Positions 38,816 to 47,705 are shown, counted from the first letter of the stretch. The stretch is 64,000 bases of DNA from Lachnospiraceae bacterium (GCA_045617045.1 JAZLHV010000046.1:2325-66324); one strand, 5' to 3'. Translations and numbers: made by a program. Notes: generated by a model not told the origin, from the sequence alone.

Positions 38816-39232
38816 ATGTTAAATATGGAGCAAATAAGAGTAAGCAAGGGCATTGAGATAGGAGTCAATGATAATGGAGACACCATTACGCTTGACGTTA
38901 ACAATGCTCTTTTTTTGAAGAAATACAACGCAATGATTTCAACGCTAACCAAATTAGCGAATGAGATTGAAAGCATCGAAGATGATGCAAAAACAGACGA
39001 AGAACAGGTCGAAATTGTCACAGATACAATGAAGCGCATCACAAGTGAGATTGATGTATTGATCGGAGAGAACACTTGCAAAAAAGTGTTCGGAGATATT
39101 GTACCTTTACCCTTTGCGGTATTGGAGTTTTTAGAGCAGCTTAATCCCATTATTGAGAAGTACGCAAAGGCGAAAAGCGAGAAGATAAACACAAAGTACA
39201 ACACTAACCGCAAGGGTGGTAAGCGTGTTTAA
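38816..39232 (+). CDS. Tail assembly chaperone
   Basis: Position; LIGENTCKKVFG. Confidence 0.65.
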   Translation: MLNMEQIRVSKGIEIGVNDNGDTITLDVNNALFLKKYNAMISTLTKLANEIESIEDDAKTDEEQVEIVTDTMKRITSEIDVLIGENTCKKVFGDIVPLPFAVLEFLEQLNPIIEKYAKAKSEKINTKYNTNRKGGKRV

Positions 39233-39782
39233 TATTTTGCTTGACGATTACCCAACCGAGTGGAATGGGTACGCATTAAATACCGATTTTCGCACAGGCG
39301 TACAAATAGTAATGGCGAGTGCTGATGAAGAATTAAGCAATGCAGAGCGTACAGTAATTGCCGTTAACCTTCTGTTTAAAGAAGCATACCCACAAGATGC
39401 AGACGAAATCGAAGAATGTATCAAGTGGTTTATGAATGGGTGGAGTCACGATAACCACAAATCAAGTTCTCACGAAAACGTGATGGATTTTGACCAAGAC
39501 CAAGGGCGTATATATAGCGCATTTTTAAGCCAATACAGAATTGATTTAAACAATGCAGATATGCACTTTTGGAGATTTATGTACTTGTTGTCTAACCTTG
39601 AAGAATGTGCCTTTACACGAGTTATTGACATACGCACGAAGAAAATTACAGGCAAGATGTCAAAGCAAGAGCAAACGGCATATACGGATGCTAAAAAGGT
39701 ATACAAGATTAGGCACGAGTCGGACAACATCGACAAGCAAGCAGAAGATGAAGCAATGGAAGAGTTTAGGAAGTATTTGTAG
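39225..39782 (+). CDS. Gp15-family tail assembly protein
   Basis: LNTDFR...DFDQDQGRIYSAFLSQYRIDL...MHFWRF..LL. Confidence 0.8.
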   Translation: MFNILLDDYPTEWNGYALNTDFRTGVQIVMASADEELSNAERTVIAVNLLFKEAYPQDADEIEECIKWFMNGWSHDNHKSSSHENVMDFDQDQGRIYSAFLSQYRIDLNNADMHFWRFMYLLSNLEECAFTRVIDIRTKKITGKMSKQEQTAYTDAKKVYKIRHESDNIDKQAEDEAMEEFRKYL

Positions 39783-39792
39783 GAGTTAAGTT

Positions 39793-41319
39793 ATGCACGA
39801 TGCAGAAATTAGGGTAAAAACCAAGGTTGATGTAAGCGAACTTAAGAAAGTTAAGGAAGAGATTAAAGCATCTGGAGAACAGGCAGAGAAGACCGATTTT
39901 GACATACAGAAGTTTGCTATGCGAATGTCAAAACTTGCATTGAAAATCGGCATTGTTGTCGGTTTGATTGGTAAGGGTGTTCACGCTATTGTAAGCGGTC
40001 TTAAGACAGGCTTGCAAAACCTTGCCAAGTATGGTGGTAGTTACAACGATGCAATGAGCAATCTTAAGTCTGCAACGCTCACAATGAGTAACGCACTTGC
40101 TACCGCTTTTGCGCCAATTGTGGAAACGATAATCCCTTACCTTGTAAAGTTAGCCGATTGGGTAACAATAGCTGCGGACAAGATAGCGCAATTCTTTGCG
40201 GTGCTATCCGGGAACAGTTCTTACACCAAGGCAACCAAGCAGAACGTAGATTATGCGAAAAGTCTTGAAAAGGTTAATAAGCAACTTGCCGGATTTGATG
40301 AGTTAAACAATATGTCATCAAATGGCGAGCAAAACAACCCAGAGGGAATGTTTGAAGAAGTTGCCGTAGACGAAAGCAAGTTCAAGTGGTTAACGTGGCT
40401 TAAAGACACGCTTAAGGAAATAGAAGGCTTGGGCGCAACAATTCTTGGGTTATTCCTTGGTTGGAAAGTCACGTCTGCTTTCTTTGGTGGATTGAGCAAG
40501 GTGTCAATTGCCTGTGGCTTAATTGTCGGTGGCATTGTGGCAATTATCGAAGCAATAAAACAATGGGTAGATACAGGCGAAATCACAAATCAGTATTTAA
40601 TAATGCTTGAAAGTGGCATTGTGGCAATCGGTATTGCTATTTCGTTATTAACAGGAAATTTCATTCCCTTAATCATATCTGCGGTAGTTGGGTTAGTAAC
40701 CTTAATCGTTGCCAAATGGGATGAGATTGTTGCTTGGCTTAAGAAAGCGTGGGAAAAAGTTTCTTCATACGTTAAATCGCATTGGAACAGTTTTGTAACC
40801 GATGTAAAGCGTGGACTTAACCATTTCAAAGAGTTTTTTGTAGGCATTTTCAATTCCATTAAGGATGGCGTACTAAACGCTTTCAATGGTATATGGAACG
40901 GCATAAAGAAAGTTATCAATTGGATTTTGGGCGGTATCGAAGGAATGATTAACGGAGTAATTAAAGGCATTAACTTCCTTATCGACAAATTGAATGGCTT
41001 TGGTTTTGACTTACCCGATATCTTGGGTGGCGGTCACGTAGGCTTTACCATTAGAAATTTAGAGGAAATCTCAATGCCGAGACTTGCAACAGGTGGTATT
41101 GTCGACAGACCTACAACCGCATTGATCGGAGAGAACGGAAGAGAAGCGGTTATGCCGTTAGAAAACAATACCGAGTGGATGGATGCACTTGCAGACAAAT
41201 TGGCAAGCAAGATAAATGGTGCTTTCGAAGTAGTTCCCAACTCAAAGGGCATTTTCAACGTAGTGAGAAAAGAAGCACAGGCATTTACGAGAAACACAGG
41301 AAGTCCGGCATTTTTTTAA
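39793..41319 (+). CDS. Tape measure protein (short, 508 aa)
   Basis: Amphipathic W-spaced repeats, hydrophobic central segments, PRLATGGIVDRPTTALIGENGREAVMPL. Confidence 0.85.
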   Translation: MHDAEIRVKTKVDVSELKKVKEEIKASGEQAEKTDFDIQKFAMRMSKLALKIGIVVGLIGKGVHAIVSGLKTGLQNLAKYGGSYNDAMSNLKSATLTMSNALATAFAPIVETIIPYLVKLADWVTIAADKIAQFFAVLSGNSSYTKATKQNVDYAKSLEKVNKQLAGFDELNNMSSNGEQNNPEGMFEEVAVDESKFKWLTWLKDTLKEIEGLGATILGLFLGWKVTSAFFGGLSKVSIACGLIVGGIVAIIEAIKQWVDTGEITNQYLIMLESGIVAIGIAISLLTGNFIPLIISAVVGLVTLIVAKWDEIVAWLKKAWEKVSSYVKSHWNSFVTDVKRGLNHFKEFFVGIFNSIKDGVLNAFNGIWNGIKKVINWILGGIEGMINGVIKGINFLIDKLNGFGFDLPDILGGGHVGFTIRNLEEISMPRLATGGIVDRPTTALIGENGREAVMPLENNTEWMDALADKLASKINGAFEVVPNSKGIFNVVRKEAQAFTRNTGSPAFF

Positions 41320-41328
41320 GGAGAAATT

Positions 41329-41727
41329 ATGTATAACGGATACTTAATTCAAATCGCAAGCACATACAACATTCCATTAAATGTTATGGTGGCAAGTTCC
41401 TACAAAGTTACTTACTCAACGCTCGACCTTGATAGTTATCGAGATGGTGCCGGAGTGTTGCACAGAAATGCAATAAGACGAGTTCCAACAGTTGAAGTTA
41501 AATTGGACTCGATAAGCGGTAGTACACTCAATGCTATTTTGAGTTCTATTGCAAGCCACTATTTGAACGCAACCGAGAAGAGTGTTAATGCTTCGGTGTT
41601 CATTCCCGAAACAAACGATTACTACAACGGCAAGTTTTACATTCCAGACATTAATCTGTCTATCAGCAAAGTAAGTAACACAGATGTCTACTACGATGAA
41701 GTAACACTTAAGTTTATCGGGTATTAA
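41329..41727 (+). CDS. Distal tail protein (putative)
   Basis: Follows TMP; DSYRDGAGVLHR. Confidence 0.6.
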   Translation: MYNGYLIQIASTYNIPLNVMVASSYKVTYSTLDLDSYRDGAGVLHRNAIRRVPTVEVKLDSISGSTLNAILSSIASHYLNATEKSVNASVFIPETNDYYNGKFYIPDINLSISKVSNTDVYYDEVTLKFIGY

Positions 41728-41736
41728 GGAGCGCAA

Positions 41737-44004
41737 ATGATTGATTATCGGTACGCATCGTTATTCAACGATGATAGCGTAACTAAAAACTTAATATTGC
41801 ACTTTAGTGACGATGTGGAGTTTTCCAATAATGAGATTTTCGAAGAGTCATTAACTCTTCACGAAAGCATTACATCGGGCGAAGAATTAAATTTTGGCGA
41901 AACTGTTGCGAGTACTTTAGAAGTCTCGATTACGAACAAAACAGACTCACTTAAAGGCGAAACCTTTACGGCTATTTTGGTTTTGGATAACCACACAGAC
42001 TATCCATTTACGATCGGAATGTACAAGGTTGTTGAAGATACATTAAGTGCAGACAGAACACGCAGAACACTCACTTGTGAAGATGCTCTTGCAGATGTTA
42101 TCAACACAGATGTTGTCGAGTGGTACAACGGATTGTTTGAAAACTCAACCACTATTTCGCTTGGGGCAATGCGTAGTTCATTAGCTGCGCACTTTGGTTT
42201 AACCGAAGAGTCTGCAACGCTTTGCAATGACTTAATGAGCGTTTCCAAAACTGTTGATGCATCCGAGATGAGTGGTAAAGCGGTACTGTTCGCAATGTGT
42301 CAAATCAATGGTTGTTTTCCGCATATCACGAGAGACAACCACCTTCGCTATATAGTTCTTGGGGTGGTTAATGACAATCCTTACGAAATCGACACATACA
42401 GGTCTTGTATTTACGAAGGGTACAAGTGCAATGCTATAACCCGATTGCAGATTAGAAGCGAAGAAAACGATATAGGCGTTATTGTTGGTGACAATGACAA
42501 CAACGTGTACATTGTCGAAGATAATTTCCTTTTATACGGCAAGGGAACGGAAGAACTTACCACGATTGCCACCAATTTGTACAACGTTATCTCGATACCT
42601 TGGTATAAGCCTTGCGAGATTGAAGTAAGAGCAAACCTGTGCGTAGAAGTTGGAGATGCAATAGAGTTAACCGCAACAGACGGAACAGTAATTAACTCTT
42701 ATTTGCTTGAACGTACCGCAAGTGGAATACAGGCTATTTTCGACACAATAAGGGCAGATGGTAAAGAATATCGTAGCGAAGAATTAAACGGCTATACGAG
42801 TCAAATAAAGGCTTTAAAGGGCAGATATAACGTGCTTGAACGTAGCATTGAAGAAACACGCTCAACAATCGGTCACGTTGAAGAAGGACAAACACTTGTA
42901 TCTATGATATCGCAGACCGCAGAAGGTCTCACAAGCGAAATTATCAATAGACAGGATGCAGACAATAGCGTAAGAGATACGCTTACCCAGACCGCCACAT
43001 CTCTGTCAAACCAAATCGAATATTTGCAGAGAGAGATTGACGGAGAAACAACCCTTTATCACGTTAACGAAGCACCTACTTTGTACAACTATCCGGCGTG
43101 GGATTTCTGTACAAACATTCCCTGTAACAATACTGTACAACTTGGTAATGGTGTTCCTTTTATCTATACCGAAGCAGATTACCAAGCAAACATAAGAGCG
43201 TTGGCGTATGACGATACTAACAACATTTCCTACCGCTTCAAAAAGACCGAAGGTCAATGGGGTTGGATTGCAATAGGTGACTCCGATTACACGTACATAA
43301 TGCAACGCATTTCCGAATTGGAGCAGACAGACGAAAGCATTAGCCTTCGTGTAACGCAGATACAGGGCAACACTTACACCAAGACCGAAACCGAGTCAAA
43401 GATACAGGTAAGTGCAAACGGCATTTTATCAACAGTTAGCCAATCGTACCAATCCAAGAGCGCAGCTACAACGATGCAATCGCAGATAGACCAACAGGCT
43501 AATCAAATAACCGCAAAGGTCTCAAAAACAGGTGGTACGGCATCAAGTTTTGCTTGGAGTTTGACCGATAGTGCATTTACCTTAACGAGTGGCAACAGAC
43601 AAGTATTTAGATGTGATGCAAACGGCATCACAGTAAACGGCTATGCAACCGCTAATGACCTGTCTGCACTATCCCTTGAAGTAAACGGCAAAGCAACGAT
43701 TAGTGATTTATCCGCAGCTACGGCACGAATAAGCAATCTTGAAGTAGACCACGTAAGCGTAGCAAATTTCAATGCGTTGAGTGTTACAGTAAACGGCAAG
43801 GCATCAATTAGCGAAGTATCTGCCGACTCGATTGCATCCAAGGTTGCAAGTTTAGGCTCTTTGTATTGCGCAAGATTTTACTGTAACTCGATTGAGCCAC
43901 AGGAATACTTAAGAGTCCCGGCTGGTGGAGAGTTCTACTTTGGTGATGTCAAGGTAGTAGTACGAAGCATAGGCGGTCAATATGTCTTGGCACTCGATTA
44001 TTAA
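41737..44004 (+). CDS. Baseplate hub/Tal-like tail protein with coiled-coil extension
   Basis: 755 aa; repeated SQTAEGLTSE / IDQQANQITAKV stalk-type segments. Confidence 0.75.
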   Translation: MIDYRYASLFNDDSVTKNLILHFSDDVEFSNNEIFEESLTLHESITSGEELNFGETVASTLEVSITNKTDSLKGETFTAILVLDNHTDYPFTIGMYKVVEDTLSADRTRRTLTCEDALADVINTDVVEWYNGLFENSTTISLGAMRSSLAAHFGLTEESATLCNDLMSVSKTVDASEMSGKAVLFAMCQINGCFPHITRDNHLRYIVLGVVNDNPYEIDTYRSCIYEGYKCNAITRLQIRSEENDIGVIVGDNDNNVYIVEDNFLLYGKGTEELTTIATNLYNVISIPWYKPCEIEVRANLCVEVGDAIELTATDGTVINSYLLERTASGIQAIFDTIRADGKEYRSEELNGYTSQIKALKGRYNVLERSIEETRSTIGHVEEGQTLVSMISQTAEGLTSEIINRQDADNSVRDTLTQTATSLSNQIEYLQREIDGETTLYHVNEAPTLYNYPAWDFCTNIPCNNTVQLGNGVPFIYTEADYQANIRALAYDDTNNISYRFKKTEGQWGWIAIGDSDYTYIMQRISELEQTDESISLRVTQIQGNTYTKTETESKIQVSANGILSTVSQSYQSKSAATTMQSQIDQQANQITAKVSKTGGTASSFAWSLTDSAFTLTSGNRQVFRCDANGITVNGYATANDLSALSLEVNGKATISDLSAATARISNLEVDHVSVANFNALSVTVNGKASISEVSADSIASKVASLGSLYCARFYCNSIEPQEYLRVPAGGEFYFGDVKVVVRSIGGQYVLALDY

Positions 44005-44013
44005 GGAGAACTT

Positions 44014-44208
44014 ATGACGAACACACAAATAATTGAAGCAAGAGTACTTATCGAGAATTTCATAGATGAAAAGGTTGCACAAGGCATCCCGATCGAAGTT
44101 ATGCGTTTAATTGTCGAAAGTACTCTCGCAAAGATAAATAAAGTTGTAGATATCGAAGTCAACAAAGAAATCAAGGCTCAAAAAGAAGAGCAGAAAGAAG
44201 GCAATTAA
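44014..44208 (+). CDS. Phage hypothetical protein
   Basis: 64-aa ORF between Tal and the fibre gene. Confidence 0.65.
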   Translation: MTNTQIIEARVLIENFIDEKVAQGIPIEVMRLIVESTLAKINKVVDIEVNKEIKAQKEEQKEGN

Positions 44209-44924
44209 TGAGTTATACCGAATATGTTAAGCAGACTTGGGATACAACATCATACGTCAATCCAACACGTATGAATCACATCGAAAGCGGAATCAAGTCG
44301 AACTCCGATGGCATCACTTCGCTAAACAATGATTTAGCGACAAATCCGTTAAAGACAGAATATGTGTCATTTAGTGGAGATGTTTTATCGCAAGCACTTT
44401 CGCAAACAAAGTCACTTGTTGTCGGTTTAACCGCAAGCACAACCACTAATCTACCTACAACAGAGAATATGTGGAAATACGCTTATGTAACAGTCAAAAG
44501 ACGTTCTGCGTCACAAATATGGGTTGAGATAGACGCTGAAACAACGGGTATGAAAGCGGTTAACTTTTACAACGGCTCAACGTGGAAAGGGTGGCAAATC
44601 TTTTCGTTTAACTCCGATTTAGCGTATATTTCAACGCAAATAAACACTCAATACGGAAATTTGCTATTTCAAAAGTGGGGCAAAATCGTAACAGTACAAA
44701 ATGTGGGCGACTTACACGATATACCGAATGGTAGTTTCACTTTTAGCTCAATTCCAAGTGGTTACTCTCCAAGAACTGACTTTAACGTTGACGCAAAAAG
44801 ACCCGCGAGTAGTTTTGAAATGCGCTTTCAATTTACCGCAAACGCAATTACTTGCTACAACTATGGTGGTGTCGCAAGCGGTACTGTAAACACTACTTTA
44901 CACGCAACGTATATAACCGCTTAA
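44208..44924 (+). CDS. Tail fibre/receptor-binding protein, expressed orientation (anchor + module A + module B)
   Basis: RMNHIESGI anchor; LNNDL and FNSDL junctions; WKGW knob-like motif; GKIVTV C-terminal domain. Confidence 0.8.
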   Translation: MSYTEYVKQTWDTTSYVNPTRMNHIESGIKSNSDGITSLNNDLATNPLKTEYVSFSGDVLSQALSQTKSLVVGLTASTTTNLPTTENMWKYAYVTVKRRSASQIWVEIDAETTGMKAVNFYNGSTWKGWQIFSFNSDLAYISTQINTQYGNLLFQKWGKIVTVQNVGDLHDIPNGSFTFSSIPSGYSPRTDFNVDAKRPASSFEMRFQFTANAITCYNYGGVASGTVNTTLHATYITA

Positions 44925-45423
44925 ACGTACACAACCCTAATTATTCCCGATAATGCGCCCATACCATACACAAGAATTTCTGTGCTACTAACCTTACATT
45001 CCATTGGACTACTTGACGTTGAGATAACTGTTGCCGAAAGAATTGTACCGCTTATGTTGTGCCTTACCGCCACATAATGCGTAAAAGGTTGAACGTATGA
45101 ATTGGGCGCAAGGGTAAAATTAATATCCGTACTTTTCGGCAAATCGGAGTTTGTCGCAATTTGATGTGCCGTAACGGAATTGCTATCAATGAGAACGTGA
45201 TACGTTGTGTTTGTGCTTGCACTCGATATTGTCATTGATTGAAAGCGTGACGTTGCATAAGTGTATGTGCCAAAATAGTAATCGTGGTCTTGCCATATCG
45301 CACGAAAATTTATGGGTTTTTCATCAGTACCAAGTGCGTTTTTTACCGCTAAAACAAACTCGTTAAACGTATTTGCGATTATGCTCATTGCCTTGTTGTG
45401 TTGCGCAAAATCATTGTTTTACG
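44320..45423. repeat. Four putative recombination sites of a nested inversion locus
   Basis: CG-NN-WAA-[spacer]-TTT-NN-CG: 44320-44339(+) and 45404-45423(-) share spacer CAATGA; 44605-44624(+) and 45137-45156(-) share spacer CTCCGA. Confidence 0.85.
44921..45418 (-). CDS. Silent inverted fibre cassette (module C + module D)
   Basis: Minus-strand frame is open from NNDF (site at 45404-45423) through ATNSDL to a stop overlapping the fibre stop at TTAA 44921-44924; no obvious RBS of its own. Confidence 0.75.
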   Translation of the reverse strand, partial: NNDFAQHNKAMSIIANTFNEFVLAVKNALGTDEKPINFRAIWQDHDYYFGTYTYATSRFQSMTISSASTNTTYHVLIDSNSVTAHQIATNSDLPKSTDINFTLAPNSYVQPFTHYVAVRHNISGTILSATVISTSSSPMECKVSSTEILVYGMGALSGIIRVVYV

Positions 45424-45447
45424 AAAAATTTTAAGGAGATAAACAGA

Positions 45448-45792
45448 ATGAGAAGCATTAAAAAATGTTGCGAGTTAATTCAACTTAACGCATCTGATTG
45501 CGATGTACCTTTGGATAATCCTATTTATGCGCTTTGTACCGAAATTATGAATATTGAAAAGGCGTACAAAGAAGAACATCCCGAAAGCGCAGATTATCGC
45601 AGAGGATTAAGCGAAGGTATTAACAAACATACCGAAATCACAACAGTAGATGCACAATATCTTATTGATTACCTTGAAAATTGGAAGGATGAAAGCAACG
45701 AAGCAATCATACTTACAATTCAAAATGACATCTTAAAAGTTTTTGTAAATCACGAAGCGTTGGAACAGTTTCCGGAAAGCGTGAGCGAATGA
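45448..45792 (+). CDS. Phage hypothetical protein
   Basis: 114-aa ORF with RBS aaggag directly after the invertible locus. Confidence 0.65.
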   Translation: MRSIKKCCELIQLNASDCDVPLDNPIYALCTEIMNIEKAYKEEHPESADYRRGLSEGINKHTEITTVDAQYLIDYLENWKDESNEAIILTIQNDILKVFVNHEALEQFPESVSE

Positions 45793-46199
45793 CAGAGATA
45801 TTAACAACCGCTATCACAGGACTTGTGGCAATCATTGTCTGCGTTCTAAATAACCGAGCAACGATTAAGGCAAGCGAGACAAAGCAGAAAGCAAACCTTG
45901 ATGCCGTAGAGAAGAAATCCAAAGAAGAGACAACTGCATTAAAGGTTGGTGTACAAGCGTTATTAAGGGCGCAGATGATACACGATTACAACAAGTGGAG
46001 TGATGAAGGTTTTGCACCTATTTATGCACGAGAGAATTTTGAAAATTGTTGGAAGGTGTACGAAACGCTTGGGGAAAATGGAGTTATGAACGATATTCAC
46101 GAGAAGTTTAAAAAACTTCCCACAAGAAAACCTGTTTCAAGAAACAATTCGACACAGGTACGCACAAACATTACGCCTGTGTTCGTTGAAAAAGAATAA
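45789..46199 (+). CDS. Membrane-anchored lysis-module protein
   Basis: N-terminal TM segment; GVQALLR...YETLGENGV. Confidence 0.65.
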   Translation: MTEILTTAITGLVAIIVCVLNNRATIKASETKQKANLDAVEKKSKEETTALKVGVQALLRAQMIHDYNKWSDEGFAPIYARENFENCWKVYETLGENGVMNDIHEKFKKLPTRKPVSRNNSTQVRTNITPVFVEKE

Positions 46200-46205
46200 A
46201 GGAGA

Positions 46206-46415
46206 ATGGCTATGAGTATGAAAGAGTATTTAATTGATTTGGCAAAGCGAGTTGTTAAGACCGCAGCTGAAACCGCATTAGGCGTTATTGGTGCAAGTGC
46301 GGTTACGATCGGAGACATTGACTTTAAATTTATGCTTGGTGCGGTGACATTATCTGCCGTATCAACAGTTCTTATCAACCTTGCAAACATTCCTACGAAA
46401 GAAGACCAAAGATAA
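46206..46415 (+). CDS. Holin (r1t-like)
   Basis: DLAKRVVKTAAETALGVIG...IDF...LSAVSTVLINLANIP; two TM segments before the endolysin. Confidence 0.8.
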   Translation: MAMSMKEYLIDLAKRVVKTAAETALGVIGASAVTIGDIDFKFMLGAVTLSAVSTVLINLANIPTKEDQR

Positions 46416-47227
46416 TGTTAAGATATGATATTTTAGCGAAAGCATCCGAGTATATCGGCTTAAAAGAAATCCCAGACAACAACATTATATTCAACACACA
46501 TTATTACGGAAGAGAAGTTAATAGTCCGTCTTATGCGTGGTGTTGTGCTTTTGTTTGGGATATTTTCAGAATGTGCAACGCATCCAAATATTTCTATGGT
46601 GGAAATAAAATGAACGGATGCACAACACTTCTTAATTTCTACAAAAATAATTATCCACATTGGGTACACACAGACATTAACCGAATGAAATCGGGAGACC
46701 TTGTGTTCTATCAGTTCGATGCTGATTATTACGCAGACCACATCGGCATTTTCGATAGCAAGATTTCTGATACACGCTTCTATGCCGTTGAAGGCAACAC
46801 CACAAGTGGCGTGATTGGAGACCAAGCCAACGGATACGGAGTGTATCGTAGAAACAGACCGATGTCTTGCGTTATGGCGTTTGTGAGCATTGAGTTTGAA
46901 GATGACGATACAAAAGCCGTAGAGAAAACGCACAAGGTCAAAAAGGGCGAAACATTGGGTTACATTGCTAATATGTACGGCTCAACAGTTCCGGCAATAT
47001 TAAGCGCAAACCCTTCAATTACAAACGCTAACCTTATCTACGTTAACCAAATTATTGTTATTCCTGTACACGAAGACGAAGCACCCAAAACGTACACAGT
47101 TGTCAAAGGAGACACATTAAGTGGCATTGGCAAGAAATGTGGCGTGGCGTGGCGTGAGATTGCTACGCTAAATGGCATTAGTTTTCCGTACATCATAAGA
47201 CCAAATCAAGTGTTAAGGTTACGATAA
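46415..47227 (+). CDS. Endolysin: CHAP amidase plus two LysM domains
   Basis: WCCAFV (Cys), DHIGI (His), VEGNT; HKVKKGETL and YTVVKGDTLSGIG. Confidence 0.92.
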   Translation: MLRYDILAKASEYIGLKEIPDNNIIFNTHYYGREVNSPSYAWCCAFVWDIFRMCNASKYFYGGNKMNGCTTLLNFYKNNYPHWVHTDINRMKSGDLVFYQFDADYYADHIGIFDSKISDTRFYAVEGNTTSGVIGDQANGYGVYRRNRPMSCVMAFVSIEFEDDDTKAVEKTHKVKKGETLGYIANMYGSTVPAILSANPSITNANLIYVNQIIVIPVHEDEAPKTYTVVKGDTLSGIGKKCGVAWREIATLNGISFPYIIRPNQVLRLR

Positions 47228-47231
47228 CTTT

Positions 47232-47253
47232 TCACGCCACGTTTTACGCCACG
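47232..47253 (+). promoter_or_regulatory. Putative integrase arm-type sites (right arm)
   Basis: tcacgccacg/ttacgccacg with 12-bp period, matching 14816-14837. Confidence 0.7.
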
Positions 47254-47299
47254 AAACCCACAAAGCCTTTAAAATGGCGTTTCTTGGCAATGCGTAGAA

Positions 47300-47325
47300 A
47301 AGTTCAAGTCTTGTCACTCCGACTA
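47300..47325 (+). repeat. attR core
   Basis: Identical to 14674-14699. Confidence 0.95.
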
Positions 47326-47355
47326 AAAGGAATCTGCGAATGCAGATTCTTTTTT
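47326..47355. terminator. Bidirectional terminator, probably the original tRNA-operon terminator
   Basis: aaaggaatctgc-gaat-gcagattcttttt. Confidence 0.8.
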
Positions 47356-47360
47356 GTTTT

Positions 47361-47385
47361 GTCGGAGTGACAAGACTTGAACTTT
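47361..47385 (-). repeat. Inverted copy of the att core
   Basis: gtcggagtgacaagacttgaacttt is the exact reverse complement of 47299-47323. Confidence 0.9.
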
Positions 47386-47432
47386 CAGCCCACAGAAATT
47401 CAAATGTCTCAAAGTATGTGGGTAAATCAATT

Positions 47433-47705
47433 GGGCTCATGTTACCCGCGGTTGCGGTGCAGCTTATATTCTCCTTTGTAGCAAGCTGGAATAACTTCTT
47501 TATTCCCGGTATGTTGCTTGACAAGGCAGAGTTAAAAACGGTTCCCATTATGGTAGCCACACTTAGAAGTGCCGATTACTCCAAGTTTGATATGGGTAAG
47601 GTTTACATGTTTATTTTGTTGGCAATCCTTCCCGTAGTAGTCGTGTACGTTTTCTTATCCAAGTTCATTATCAGAGGCGTCTCTGAGGGCTCGGTTAAGG
47701 GTTAA
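47433..47705 (+). pseudogene. C-terminal fragment of a carbohydrate ABC transporter permease
   Basis: LMLPAVAVQLIFSFVASWNNFFIP...ILPVVVVYVFLSKFIIRGVSEGSVKG; N-terminal part and EAA loop missing; left boundary approximate. Confidence 0.85.

Larger units (their letters stand above)
14674..47325. mobile_element. Apparently complete temperate siphophage, ~32.6 kb, A118-like morphogenesis module
   Basis: 26-bp direct repeats at both ends; integrase, repressor/cro, ERF/SSB/replisome organiser, terminase, portal, capsid, tail, holin and endolysin in canonical order. Confidence 0.96.

Noticed and set aside
38816-39782. Canonical -1 frameshift joining the tail chaperone genes (CCCTTTG near 39110)
   Set aside because: The downstream Gp15 ORF is in the +1, not the -1, frame relative to the chaperone and has its own plausible GTG start.
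44299-44312. AACTCCGAT (NSDG) upstream of S1 as a fifth inversion site
   Set aside because: It shares the CTCCGA spacer but lacks the CG-NN-WAA and TTT-NN-CG arms; at most a relic.
41737-45423. Diversity-generating retroelement acting on tail genes
   Set aside because: No reverse transcriptase and no template/variable repeat pair with adenine-specific mismatches were seen.
47340-47432. ORF-track start of the 121-aa ORF as a real gene start
   Set aside because: It reads through the terminator and inverted att core; permease-like sequence begins only near LMLPAV.
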